A stretch of 64,000 bases of DNA from Octopus sinensis (Eukaryota): positions 71,486,001 through 71,550,000 of the forward strand of contig NC_043006.1 in the NCBI RefSeq assembly GCF_006345805.1, given 5' to 3'. Position 1 is the stretch's first letter; each line of letters starts with the position of its first letter. A program made the translations under genes and the position numbers. Below, in pieces: positions 35,885 to 49,799 of the stretch. A model generated the notes under the pieces. It ran no database searches, had not been told where the DNA came from, and saw only the letters and a program-made list of their open reading frames with translations.

Positions 35885-36202
35885 AACAACAAACAAGATA
35901 AAGACAAATATCCGTCAAATGTAAATAATGTAAATAATGAACCCAGAAAATGCAAGGTCTAATTCCAGTAAAAACTTTACAACTAATTATTCTCTCTACA
36001 AATGTGAACCAATATGTTCTTGTCTAATCTCCACTTCTTTCACAAGTTAGGTACTATGTTCACACTAACAGGACACAATCCCATACTTTCACTGACTGGA
36101 CTTTAGGGTCTCAGAAGCAGTTGATTTTGTCAATCATGGAGATAGTACATTAATTAGACATGGTTTAAATATGGACTCAGAACAATGATGTGAACTATGG
36201 CG

Positions 36203-36390
36203 TAGCCGTATTTCATCTGCCGTTACGTTCTGAGTTCAAATTCCGCCGAGGTCGACTTTGCCTTTCATCCTTTCAGGGTCGATAAATTAAGTACCAGTAA
36301 TGCACTGGGGTCGATGTAATCGACTTTATCCCTTTGTCTGTCCTTGTTTGTCCCCTCTATGTTTAGCCCCTTGTGGGTAATAAAGAAATA
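36203..36390 (+). mobile_element. Nin-type SINE variant with a different 3' tail, CpG-rich
   Basis: Core 'gagttcaaattccgccgaggtcgactttgcctttcatcc' followed by 'ctttgtctgtccttgtttgtcccc...aataaagaaata' instead of the usual (ATT)n tail. Confidence 0.8.
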
Positions 36391-37369
36391 TATATACCTA
36401 GCATACAAGAGCCAGGAATTTCCATGACCAAGCTTTATAAATTATTTGGCTAGAACTTTAATTTTATATATGTGGTGGGAAGGGTGGACAGAATGGTGAT
36501 AAAAGCTAGTAGAGAGGGACAGTTTGCTATATAATCACCATCATCATCAACAGCATGCTCTTCTGCAAACTTCATCTCCATTGTACCCTTCATCACCATC
36601 ACTGCCATCACCACCAGTGTCAAATAGAAATCCTATTTGTGTCAGTAGAACATTTGTGTCTCCTGTGAAGATTATCTATTGACACACACACACACAATGT
36701 TCTAGCCCCTACACATGCATACATAGACAGTCTTCTATCCACATGTAATGGTCTACTCACATACATATATAACTCACACACACACCGTATGCACACAAAC
36801 GGTGCTCTATCCACACAATGTTCTGCCCACATACATAAAAATATAACTCATACATATCCACACACTCCCTCTCTTTCTCTTTCATCTGATACTTTCACCA
36901 CCCCTCTCACAGCTAAATTTAGCCCTATAGAGTAACATTTACATATGAAGAGAGAGAGAGGAGTGGGGAGAGATAATGAGAGGAAGTGAGAGAGGCAGAA
37001 AGAGACAGTCTGAGGGGAGGGGAGGCCTCATGATACCTGCCACAACCACCAACACCACCACCATACCAACACTCCCATCTATGTTTCAATACAATCACTA
37101 TGATTATTATAAGCAGAAACCAAACAGCTGACTGTAAAATTACATGGGAAGAAGGGAATAGTGATGCGATGATGGAAGTATTGAGTAAGTGTGTGTATAT
37201 ACACACATGAATATCTATAGTCATACACACACACACATATATATATGGGGGAGCATGCATGAGCATGCATGCATGTGTGTATAATTATAAATAAAGCCTT
37301 AAATTGTGTTTATCACTACCCCACATCTCTGTGGATGTGTATGTATGTACATATATATATACACATACA

Positions 37370-37411
<42 letters not shown>

Positions 37412-37475
37412 ATGTATGCATATATACACACAGACACTATATAATATATATATACATACATATATGCACACATAT

Positions 37476-37509
<34 letters not shown>

Positions 37510-38775
37510 CTAAAGAGAGAGAAGTGAAAGACAAAGGGGGTAATAGATACATGCATGCATGTTTATATGAGTCATTATCTCACTCTATTTATATACATAT
37601 AATATACTGAGTGGTGGGGAAGGGGCGATGATGATGGTCATGTCGATGGTGGTGGTAATAATACTGATGTTAGCAGTGGTGTTGGTAATGATATTGGTAG
37701 TAATGATGATGGTGGGGGAAATAATGATAATGAGGATAGTGGGGGTAGGGTGCTAATGACGTTGGAGACAACTCGTTTTGAGCACTGGGACTAAAATAAT
37801 AATTAAACAAATTCATGAGTTTACCAACACATTTTCCTAAGCCTAGACCACCTTTTTTCTTTTTACTTCTGCAGAAGGGGCAAGAAAGAAAGGCTCAGCC
37901 CATCCCCTTCTTGATATAGTTCAGCAGCAATTGTAAATTGTAAAACACATGGTGAAACACACACACACACATACAGACTGACACTTGATCTTCCTACAAA
38001 CTAGCACACACATGCTTATGCACCCAAGATCTTAGTATTTTTTTAATATGAAAAGGGCTACTCAGATGTGAATATATAAAGCGAATTTGCAAAATTGTTA
38101 GAGCATTAAATAGAATACATATGGTGGCCTTTCTGGGTTTTCTGTGTTGAGTTCAAATCCCACTGAAATCAATTTTGCCTTTTTTTTTTTTTTTTGAGAG
38201 GGGGGAGCATGATAACTAAAGTACCAATCCAGCATTGGAACCAATATCTGTCTACGACTGTCTGTCTGTCTTTCTCTCACTGGATTCTTGTAATTCAGAG
38301 TTTCAGCTTTGTTATATTATGTCACACTAACTTAGCTTCAGAATAGCAATCTGGGTTGTTGTATTTGTGAGAAACTCATTAATTTTGCAAAGATGAATTC
38401 AGTTTGGTCAAATAACTATATACTCATCATAAAGACCAATATAAAACCTACTATAGGTGAAAATATGTGTGTCTGTATGCGTGTTTTGAAAGTTGACATA
38501 TTGAATGCCATAGATTTTAGAGTGAAGACTGGTGTGCAGAGGATGCTGGTATACTCTATCTGCACATTTAAGACTCGAAGACTGATCAGGTGGCGAAACA
38601 GCTCTGTGAATGTTTTGGTCCCTTTCCCCACAATACTAGATCTGCCCAGGGCCATATCCCAATGTAGACAACAAAACTGTTGCACAAAATGAATTTTTAA
38701 TTTATTGAAATTTTCTTCTTAGTTGGAGACTGAAAATAACTTAGAGGGCAACTGTTAATGACTCAGAAAGAAATG

Positions 38776-39110
38776 GGAGGCATGGCTGTGTGACAAGCAG
38801 TTTGCTTCCCAACCACATGGTTCCAGGTTCAGTCCCACCTCATGGCACCTTGGGCAAGTGTCTTCTACTATAGCCTTGGGCCAACCAAAGCCTTGTGAGT
38901 GGAAACTTTGTAGACAGAAACTGAAAGAAGCCATGTGTGTGCCTCTTTGTGTCTGTATTTACAGACCGTAACTTAGCAGTTCAGCAAAAGACCTGATATA
39001 AAGTACCAAGCTTTAAAAAAACAGTACTGGGTAGATTCATTCGACTAAAAATTCTTCAAAGCAGTGCCCCAGCATGGTCACAGTCTAATGACTGAAACAA
39101 GTAAAAGGTA
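38776..39110 (+). mobile_element. SINE family 1
   Basis: Family-1 head, 'accttgggcaagtgtc' segment and 'gactgaaacaagtaaaag' tail. Confidence 0.88.
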
Positions 39111-39552
39111 AAAAAAAAAAAATCAACTTTCTGCACTTGATATACCAGACAGATAGTATTACCAAACATATTCCAAATGTGACCATCCAATCCTTTTCGC
39201 TTTTTTTATTTACAGAAAACAATAAGAAAATGAATATATTACATAAAGAAACAAATACAGTGTGATACGATATGGAGAACATTTGGCTGTTATTTCTAGC
39301 AGGTCAAGAAACCACATAGACATTCCTTTGTTGGTTCAGTGCATTTCAGTAAATGTGTGGTGGGAGTCAAAATGAAGACTGAAGATCAATATAAAAGAAG
39401 GAGAGAGGGAGGGAGGTTAGTGTTTTACATGTCCAGTTTAAGAGCAGCCTGTTCTAAAACTGTAATAATTACCCAATAAAAAGGATTTTTCGTAAACAAT
39501 AGCTGGTTACCAACACAAAGAAATAACTGAAAAGACAAATATATATTTTTAT

Positions 39553-39915
39553 AGGCACAGGAGTGGCTGTATGGTAAGTAGCTTGCTTACCAACCAAATG
39601 GTTCTGGGTTCAGTCCCACTGCATGGCACCTTGGGCAAGTGTCTTCTACTATAGCTTCGGGCTGACCAAAGCCTTGTGAGACGGAAACTAAAAGAAGCCT
39701 TTTGTATATATGTATATATATGTATGTGTGTATATATGTTTGTGTGTCTGTGTTTGTCCCCCAACATCGCTTGACAACTGATGCTGGTGTGTATACGTAT
39801 CCGTAACTTAGTGGTTCGGCAAAAGAGACCGATAAGTACTAGGCTTACAAAGATTTACTCGACTAAAGGCAGTGCTCTAGCATGGCCACAGTCAAATGAC
39901 TGAAACAAGTAAAAA
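39553..39915 (+). mobile_element. SINE family 1
   Basis: 'ggcacaggagtggctgtatggtaagtagc' through 'gactgaaacaagtaaaaag'. Confidence 0.9.
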
Positions 39916-39996
39916 GAAAAAAAAGATATATATATATATAAATACACACACACACACATATATACACACACACACACACATACACACACACACACA

Positions 39997-40063
<67 letters not shown>

Positions 40064-41079
40064 AAGTTGTGTGTGAGTGTGTGATAACAGTAGTAGCTCA
40101 CCAAAATTAGCAATGGTAAGCGAATACATTAAACTAGATTCAGCCCAGTTCTTATTTTAATAAATTTTAATCTAGTCTTTAGTTTTCATCCAGAATTTGA
40201 CATTTTATGGCAGACAAAATTTATGCAGTGTCAATAGACTTTCTTGTTTTTGAGAGCTTTTTTTTTTTTAGAAGTTTTAACAGTTAAATGTTTATATATT
40301 TTATATAACTACACAGTATATTGAAACAAACTTGGAAGTTAGGTGGCACACACACACACACCATACACTGCTTCCACCTACACGCCTCATTCATAGAAAG
40401 AACAAAACATTGTGCATGTGTGAATCATGCTAAACTAGAAGGAAAACAGAATCAGTATATCTAAAAAGATAATGCAAACAGGCAATTGTTAGTTTGTACA
40501 GCTATGAAACAAATTCCACCATACGTTGTTGACATTGGTGTAACGATATATAGGTGAGGGCATGGCTGTGTAAGGAAGAACGTTTTGCACGAAATAGTTC
40601 TGGGTTCAGTCACACTATGTGGAATCTTGTACAAATGTCTTTTACTATGGCTTTAGGTCAACCCAAACTGCAACAGCAAAGCCCGATAGATGGAAACTTG
40701 GATCAACCATATTTCTTCTTAGATGGGAGACTTGACATGTCGTCAACCGGTTTAACACCAAAAGCCTTTAGCAGAGCTACTCTGTTACAGTCATTTAAGT
40801 CAGGTCTCCAGGCTGAGTATCTACCTATATCTAATCATCTATCTGTCTGTCAACTCATGTGTTTATCTCTCTATCTACTTAGCAAACTACTCACCTATCT
40901 ATCTACCTTCCTACATACCTATAAATTTAGCAACCCTTCTCTTGGTGCCATGCAAAAATGATAGACTGAATGGTTAGCTTTTTATGGCCTAAATACTATT
41001 GAGGGACAGTTACTGCTTAATTATTGAAAATATCACAGCACAAGAGCATATTATTATTATTATTATTTATTATTTTTAA

Positions 41080-41690
41080 AATTCCACCGAGGTCAACTTT
41101 GCCTTTCAGGGTCGATAAATTAAGCACCAAGTGAGTACTGATGTGATTGACTGTCCCCCTCCCCACAAAATCCAGGCCGTGTGCCTATAATAGAAAGGAT
41201 TATTATTATTATTATTATTTTACAAATTCCGGGAGCTGGCAGTAACATTAGCATGCCGAGCGAAATGCTTAGCAGTATTTCATCTGTCTTTATGTTCTGA
41301 GTTCAAATTCTGTTGAGGTCAACTTTGCCTTTTATCCTTTCAGGGTCAATAAATTAAGTACCATTTGCATACTGGGGTCAATTTAATTGACTGCCCCACT
41401 ACCCCCAAATTTCAGGCCTTGTGCCTATAGTAGAAAGGATTATTATTATTATTATTATTTAAGGTGGCAAGCTGGCAAAATCATTACTGCACTGGGCAAA
41501 ATGCTTAGTGGTATTTCATCTGTCTTGATGTTCTGAGTTCAAATTCTGCTGAGGTCAACTTTGCCTCTCAGCCTTTCAGAATTGATAAAATAAGTTCCAG
41601 TGGAACACTGGGGTGGTGGTTAATTTAATCAACTAGCCCCCACTTCCCAAAATTTTCAGGCTTTGTGCCTGTAGTAGAAGGGACTATTAT
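41080..41690 (+). mobile_element. Head-to-tail array of 3 Nin-type SINEs
   Basis: Units near 41080 (5'-truncated), 41230 and 41461, with (ATT)n between them. Confidence 0.85.
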
Positions 41691-41697
41691 AATATAC

Positions 41698-42238
41698 CTG
41701 GTGGTGGCTGGTTTCAGGCCTGTATTCATGGGCTGGATCACTGCAATACACAGCGACATCTGTTCAGTGGTCAGAGTGAACAGTCACCTCTCAGAGTCAT
41801 TCAACATCATGTATTTGGTCCAGCAAGGTTTCCTCCTCACATTTCTCTTGTTGGTACTGACTCTCAAGCCACTACTACACAAACTGGAGGCATTGAGAGA
41901 CATTCCACATTACCTAGGATGTGGGAGATGCATATGCTGACGACGTCACCATAGTGATTTCGGATCATAAACACATGGAAATGATTGGCACTGCTCTCAG
42001 GAACTATGAGGCAGTTTCATGAGCAACAATTAACCACAAAAAAATCAGTGGGCTTGTGGCTCAGTGGCTGGAGAAGCAAGTACATACCATCCAACTGTAT
42101 CATTGGGCACTGGACGGACGGATCAGTTAAACTGCTCAGGGGTCTGGTTCGGTCCAGACCATCAGATGGACAAAAAACTGGGATGAGGTAATGAGCAGGG
42201 TGACTACTCTCACCCAGAAATGGGCTAAGAGAAAGCTT
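41698..42238 (+). pseudogene. L1/Tx1-like reverse transcriptase fragment
   Basis: 'GFRPVFMGWI..SVVRVNSHLSESF..VQQG..AYADDVTIVIS(41933-41944 = YADD)..INHKKSVGLWL..WDEVMSRV'; frameshifts and a stop. Confidence 0.85.
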
Positions 42239-42244
42239 GTGTCA

Positions 42245-42279
<35 letters not shown>

Positions 42280-44043
42280 GCATAGAGAAGGATGTAAGAG
42301 GTGCCTCCTTCTCTGCAACCTTTAATTAGCCTAAAACTTCACAAATATAAATGTTCTCCCCTGAAACCATTTTCACTCAGGATTACTGAAAGATCAAATT
42401 AAAAGCCAGCTGGTACAACTGAGGAACTGAAAAGGGGTGCATTAGGAGATATACCTGTTCCTAATTCTTCACCTCCACCCTGACATCTCTTCTACACACA
42501 CACACTTGCTACTGTTCTTACTCCCACCTCACCTCAGTTGAGTGAACACACACACACACACACTCCAATATATCATCACCCCTTGTCTACATCCCCTCCC
42601 CTACAAATCTATATTAGACCCAACCAGAAGCTATATATATATATAATGAATGAATGTATATATAGCACTTCTCCTGCACTCCACCCTAGGTAGAATGGAG
42701 GCAGGTGATGGGTGATGGCGATGGAAGGGAATAATGAAAGATACTAAAAAAAGATGAAGGTTTGTAATTTCACCGCATCCCAGCAATATGAGCTCAGTCA
42801 TCTAGGTTGCCATCACCGGTGAATCCCTCTTTTCTACTCCACCATCACCACCTTCATATCTCTGTACATCACAACTACTACTACCACCACCACCACTACC
42901 TTTAATACAGTCACTACCACAACCACCACACCATCTCCATACACACAACTAGTGCTACTACAACCAATTCTCTTTCCTATTCATATTCACTACTACCACC
43001 ACCCATCCCTCAACCAACATGTAAAAGAGTGTTTTTTCTTTATTTGGAGATAGGAGCTTTCCAAACAGAAGATATTACACAAAGGGCCAACACACACAAA
43101 CACACAAAAAGGTATATCAAATACTATATAAGATAAATTCTTGATTTATTGAAATTAACTTTCTTTTGTGAGATTAGTAAACAAATGCCTTGTGGTAATT
43201 GTAACTAAGACCAGATGATAAGGGGAGATAATCTCAAGAGTAAAGAATTCTCTGAAATGTACACGCTATTAAGGAAAAGACAGTCTGATTGTCTGAAGAC
43301 ACAAAGACATCTGTGGACACAAGTTTCTGTCTCAATGGCATCATCAGAACAGCAACTGTACTACCTTGATTCCAGTAGACACGATACAGATTTACACAAA
43401 ACAAACAGAAAACATTGCTGGTTTATGGGAATTTGCATAATCTAAAAGAAATAACTCAAAGTAGCCAGTGGCATGAAGACAGACCATTTCAATATATCAA
43501 GAATTTAACTTTCATCTTCATTGTCCATATCCACCTCAGAGGGTTTGGAACCCAGAACAGAGGAATACCATTAAATACTACAAAGAATTTAAGCCATTAC
43601 TCTAGCACTTCTACCAAACACTACCTTTAAGATTATTAATCATCATCATTTAACATCCATTTTTTTTTTATCTGGCACCAGCACCAGTGAGGTTACCAAG
43701 TAACTTGCAAGACAACAAAATCCTTCAATTGAGCATGGAAGAGTAGTGCTGAAAGAGGTGGCTTTATGCCAAGCGATGAGAGGTTAAAGGGTCAAGAAAC
43801 AGGTGTTGTGTTATAGAAAAGATACATGGTTACCACCGTTGGAAAAGAAAGAGGATGGTGGTAAGTTATAGGAAAGTAAATATAAATGGTATGGGTGGAT
43901 ATTATTATTGGAGAAAATATTCACTGACGATGTAATTTCAATGCCACCCACAATGTTTGTCTTCATGTAAGAGTAGGTTTGGATTGCATTGAAGGTATAT
44001 AGGAGATATGTATGCCTAATGATGAAAACATTACAAAACACAC

Positions 44044-44074
<31 letters not shown>

Positions 44075-44433
44075 ACCAGCATGTGTGTATGTTTGTATAT
44101 GCTTATTTGTGTGTGTGTGTCCCCTATTTTGAAATACAAACACCATGTCCCTGAAAATGTAAGAGGCAACTAAAAGCACTAGTGATAGGAAAGGTATCCA
44201 GCTATTAAGCACTGCCTCAGAAAACCCATCCCACATATGCCAGCATGGAGAACCAGATGTAAAACAATAATGCTAAAAATAGCACTCTCTCTCTCTCTCT
44301 CTCATATATATGAGAAGGACGATCTCAAAATGCTGAACCTTATGAAGGAAGCGACAAAGGACTGAGACATGTGGGCCACTGCTGTACTCAAGAAGACCTG
44401 CCTACCGCAACAGAATTGATATCCTAAAACCAA

Positions 44434-44720
44434 GGTGCCATATACAAAGCACTGGTGCCGGTGTCATATACAAAGCACTGGTGCCGGTGCCACGTATAAA
44501 GCACCAGTGCCGATGTCATATACAAAGCACTGGTGCCGGTGCCACGTATAAAGCACCGGTGCCGATGCCACATATAAAGCACCGGTGCCGATGCTACGTA
44601 TAAAGCACCGGTGCCGGTGCCACGTATAAAGCACCGGTGCTGGTGCCACGTATAAAGCACCGGTGCTGGTGCCACGTATAAAGCACCGGTGCTGGTACCA
44701 CACACAAAGCACCCGGTACA
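44434..44720. repeat. 26-bp minisatellite, 11 units, many with palindrome GCACCGGTGC
   Basis: 'aaagcac' recurs every 26 bp from 44446 to 44706. Confidence 0.95.
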
Positions 44721-44876
44721 TCCAGTGAAGTGGTTAGTGTTAGGCAGGGTATCTAAAACCACAGAAACCAAGCCAAAACAGACTATGGAACCTGGTACAA
44801 CCCCTGACCTTGCCAGCTCCCATCAGGCCATCCAACTCATGCCAGCATGGAAAATAGGCATTAAATGATGATTGAT
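44434..44876 (+). mobile_element. RTE-family 3' end carrying the expanded minisatellite
   Basis: Downstream 'gtggttagtgttaggcagggtatc...ccaactcatgccagcatggaaa..ttaaatgatgat' is the sense form of the RTE 3' end. Confidence 0.75.
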
Positions 44877-44902
44877 ATAGATACACACACACACATACAA
44901 TG

Positions 44903-45200
44903 AAGGCATGTGGCTGAGAGTAAGATCAAAAGTTTTGATTCCTAATGGCACATTGTGTCCTTGAACAAGACACTTTGTTTCTAATTGCTTTAGTCCACAC
45001 AGCTGGCAAAAATTAGTACTACTTATAATTCAAAGGGCCAGCCTTATCACATTCTGTGTAATGCTGAATCTCCCTGAGAACTACATTAAGGGCGCCTGTG
45101 TCTGTGGAGTGCTCAGCCACTTGCACATTCGTTTCATGAGCAAGCCGTTTCATTGATTGGATCAACTGGAACCCTCATCATTGTAACCAACAGAATATCA
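44903..45200 (+). mobile_element. SINE family 3
   Basis: 'ttgtgtccttgaacaagacactt...cagctggcaaaaa...gagaactacattaaggg'. Confidence 0.8.
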
Positions 45201-47461
45201 GTGACAGTGATGATAATGGTAATGATGGTGATGATCATGATGATGGTGATACTGACATTAGTAATGTCGTAGTGGTGGCAACAGTGATGATGTAACAGAG
45301 ATGATGACTGAGAAGAATTTAGTAGAATATTTTAATTACATCAGCACTAATGAGCACACTTTAGTCATAGCTTTATGCAGTTTGGGATCCATTGTTCCAA
45401 AATAGAATTATTTCATGTTATCTTGAAAGTTTATAAATTCTTATGACGTCAACCACACACACACACATGTGGGCATGTTAAAATGAATGTATCACCTGGG
45501 TATATTAAACTGGGTGTGTCAGCTGGGTCTATAAGGTAGACTGTGTGTGTAGGACAGGTATGTTAAGTAGGGTGTATCAATTGGGTGTATAATATAGACT
45601 GTTTATAGAAAACTTATTACTTTAAGACAAGAGCACACTAACAGATACATGCATACTAACAGACACAAACACATTGAGATACAAGACACATACATAAGCA
45701 TACAGACAGACACACATACGCATGTACAAATGCATACACACAACACACTAAATATTTGGCTCTGATATAACACTTTACTCTCCCCTCTCACCCACCTACC
45801 ATACCTATACTTGCATAAGGTAATTAACCTCAACAACTGCATACAAAACCCACCTCTAACACCTACACACCCTCCCATCCACCCCTACATTCTACTGCTA
45901 TCCAAACAACCCCTCTACACACTTCCAGAGAAGTAGAGGAGTGTTCCATGCCCTTCTGTAATTTCCAGAATGAGAAAGGCGCATGAAATGGGCAAGATAA
46001 AAGCTGAGTGTCAAGCCGAAGAGGAGAGGGAGCGACTGATCTGCCCCCCCTCTTTCTCACAAACTTCTTCCTCACCAGAATATTCTAATGGTTAATTCCA
46101 TGCTAAATATAAACCTGGAGCAGCCACAAGAACACAAGAAATTTACTTCACTGTAAGATATTAAGTGACAGCAGTTGCTCGCCAGACAGTCAGAGCCACA
46201 CCAAGTGCTGAGTGAGAGTTTGGGGGCTGGTAAACCACCATCCACCCATTTCATGCTAGGTGCATAGGGTACCAAGGATGTCAGTAAGATGGTAATGTGG
46301 ATGATTAAGGGAACACTTAGAAACAAGCAGTGTGCTGTTTACTAAGACATTGACCATTTTATCTTCAAAATACAAAAACATATAACACACACACACACAC
46401 ACAGAAATACACACCCACACTAATAAACACAAATGTATACACAAAAAAACACACAGAAACACATGCTCACATATACAAAAATGCATATGTTTGCACAATA
46501 ATAATCAGAGAGAGAGAGACATGCACACATACACAAATAACAACAAAAAAAACTTACGCAGAAAAACACACATACAAAGAGAAATACATACATATACACA
46601 CACACACACACACAATCAAACACAATGACTAGTGATATTATCAATAATGGTAAAAAGCATTAGTATCCAATGTTTGCCAATTTGGCACAACAATAGAGTT
46701 CTGGCACATATTTACAAACAAACAGATGGTTAATTACTTAACCTATTACAATAGAAACTGGTTTTAGCTAATGGTTGGAATTGTAATTACAAAAAATATT
46801 ATTTACGAAAAGAATGGTTGGTGCTACAGCTTGGCCATAACCCATTAGCTGAAACCAATAAAACAGCAATCTTTATTTACACTTATCTCTGCTAATAGCA
46901 ATGTTTTAATGACCATATTTTTATGCTGGGGGGAGATTGACAGGGTCTGCTACACAAAATATTGATACTTGGCAGAGCTTACAATCTACCTTGGCATCAC
47001 AGGGGCCAGTAGGCAGGAGGTCATCAGGGTGGGTGTGGAGGTAGCAGAGGTTACTTCAAGGTGACCATGGATCAGGAAGTGTGAACCCTGGCAGCTACAT
47101 CGCTTGTCTGGGTTTGTGCTTACCGGACACAAATTGGGGCTTGATTAAGCTTGGTTGGGTCACCTGGGTGAGAGCATCTGATTGCTGAAACACCTGAAAC
47201 ACCTAATGACCCCAGGAAACATCACTAAAGATGTGTCCAGGTGCATCACAGGATATATACACACACATACACAATACATACACATGTGTACACAGAGAGA
47301 CACACACAAATACACAGATGCAAGCACGGCTATGTGTGTGCATGTAATAAATCTGCTTTGCTTTCCAACTTAAAACACCTAATGGCCCCAGGAAACAACA
47401 CAGGATGATGTAGGGAAAAAACTGTGTGTGCATGCATGCACACACGAATATACAACATACA

Positions 47462-47578
<117 letters not shown>

Positions 47579-47790
47579 CATATGAATATATATTCTTATA
47601 TATATTATATACATACATGCACACACACATGCACAAATACACAGGTGCAAGTATTGCTGAGTGGTAAGAAGTTTGCTTTCAGGTTTAGTCTCACAACATG
47701 ACAACTTGAACAAGTTACTTCTATGGCCCTAAACCAACAAAAGCCTTTTGAGTTGATTTGATACCCATGATGTGTGTGTGTGTGTGTGTG

Positions 47791-47827
<37 letters not shown>

Positions 47828-48106
47828 CTTTATGATAGTTGTAAAAGTGATAGTTGTAAAAGTGATAGTTGTAAATGAGTTTCACTCTCATGCAGTGTCA
47901 TTTATTTTCAATATTCTGTGGAAACATATTCCTAAAACCGTTAGGCAAAAAATTTCTGAATCTTATTTTCAAATTAAGCTTTTGTAGTGTAGTGTTTTCT
48001 ATGTTATAATCACAAAGCAGGTTGGAAATAACTTTTTCAACTGATAAAAATTTATTGGTTTGTTTTAGTCATCATAACCAAGGCTATACAGGGACACCAC
48101 ACTCAG

Positions 48107-48345
48107 TATACAATGGGGTGCAAATGTAGGTATACAGTAAGCATCACATCAATGTTACAATACTTAATTCATTAAAATTATTAGCACATTAAATTAGTGA
48201 GCCTCATTTTTGATATTTTCAGTGTCATTAATCATAACTATAATAATACTTTTATCATAACTTAATTTATTTTGATAAAAATAAATGAGTATTGTGTTTT
48301 CTTTTTTCATAACTGTATACCTACTTTTGCACCCTACCCCTGTAT
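48107..48345. mobile_element. Tc1/mariner-type MITE
   Basis: Left 'tacaatggggtgcaaatgtaggtatacagt' versus reverse complement of right 'tacaggggtagggtgcaaaagtaggtatacagt'; TA flanks. Confidence 0.75.
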
Positions 48346-49079
48346 ATACATATATACATAAATGCATATATTTGATATATAATACAAACATAGAACAGTT
48401 GCATCCAGAACTCAGAGTTTCCCAACAGCATCACATATAATTCTATTTGATTTACTACTACTATTTGTTAGCTGCCATACATATCTGGTATTACATTAAA
48501 TATTATTGTAAACATAATCCTCTATTTCAAAAACACTGTTGTTTCACATTATGTGTGTGTGTGAGAGAGAGAGAGAGACTTATGTGGAAACAGGTGAGGG
48601 TTAGCAACAGGAAGAGCATCAAGCCATAGAAATTCTACCTCAACATATTCTGTGCAACCCATGCAAGTATGAAAAAGTGTATGTTAATATGGTGATGGTA
48701 TATTAATTTTTACATGGATTTGTTTTGTTTTTTCTCATGCCGTCAGGGTTGGATGGAACTTGTGGCAATATTCTATGGCTGGATGACCAACCTATCATTA
48801 ATACTTAACTGTTTTACAAGTAAGGTGTTTTCATTATACTGGTCCTCGCACATTAAAGCTGCCAACCTACAGGATGCATTGTTTACAGAAGTTATAAACA
48901 CGACACCACTATCCCCTAAAAAAGTATCATGCAAAGACACCCAGAAATAAACATTCACACCCACTCTCTCACACACATACACTTGAGTGTGTACATGTGT
49001 GTGCATGCATGTGCACATTGTGTATGTGTGTGTGTAGATCATAGGGATTCTTATTCTGGAAAGGGTAATACATGTTTAA

Positions 49080-49123
<44 letters not shown>

Positions 49124-49734
49124 ATTATGTATATACACACATACACAAATATAACCATGAGTAACTTTATACTGGTTTCAAATTTTGGTAAGAGGCCAGC
49201 AATTTCAAGTGAGGAACAAAGTTGATTAAATCAACCCCAATACTCAACTGGTACTTATTTCATTGACCCTGAAATGATGAAAGGTCAAGTCAACCCTGGC
49301 ATCATTTGAACTTAGAACATAAAGACAGACTAAATGCCACCAAGCATTTTGCCCAGCATGCTAACGATTCTGTCAGATCACCACCTCACATTTAACTTTA
49401 TATTAAATGGTAATGCTGTATAGTTCACCAAAAGAGGATTTAAATGTTACATTTGCTCTGGAGTATAGCTTCTTCAAGTGGGACTAAGATCTGGTCACAG
49501 ATACACACACCACGTCAGCTGGTGCGTAAATTGCAGGCTATCTGAATATAGTTACTCACTCTCACTGCTACAAACATATATACCCGACATGCTAAGCCCC
49601 ACCATACACACACACACACAGACCCTATATCAGTATAGTTTCTTTTCCCAAGTATGGAGAATAATATATCTTCCAGGCAGGCTGAAATTTCAAGATCATC
49701 ATTGCATATTATATATATAATTTCATGTCAGTGA

Positions 49735-49799
<65 letters not shown>

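Larger units (their letters stand above)
33959..35939 (+). mobile_element. Hammerhead-SINE locus 2: inverted 64-bp 3' arm plus forward copy split by an RTE insertion
   Basis: 33959-34022 is the inverted 3' end; head 34025-34095; 3' module 35790-35939; flanking AACCCACAAAAT (33946-33957) and AACCCAGAAAAT (35940-35951), 11/12 identical. Confidence 0.85.

Noticed and set aside
38578-38606. Hammerhead-like 'CTGATCAGGTGGCGAAAC'
   Set aside because: Core position G8 is C, stem II would be one base pair, and no stem I or III is found.
44434-44720. CRISPR-like array (regular palindromic repeats)
   Set aside because: Units are contiguous with no unique spacers, no cas genes are present, and the context is eukaryotic; it is a minisatellite.
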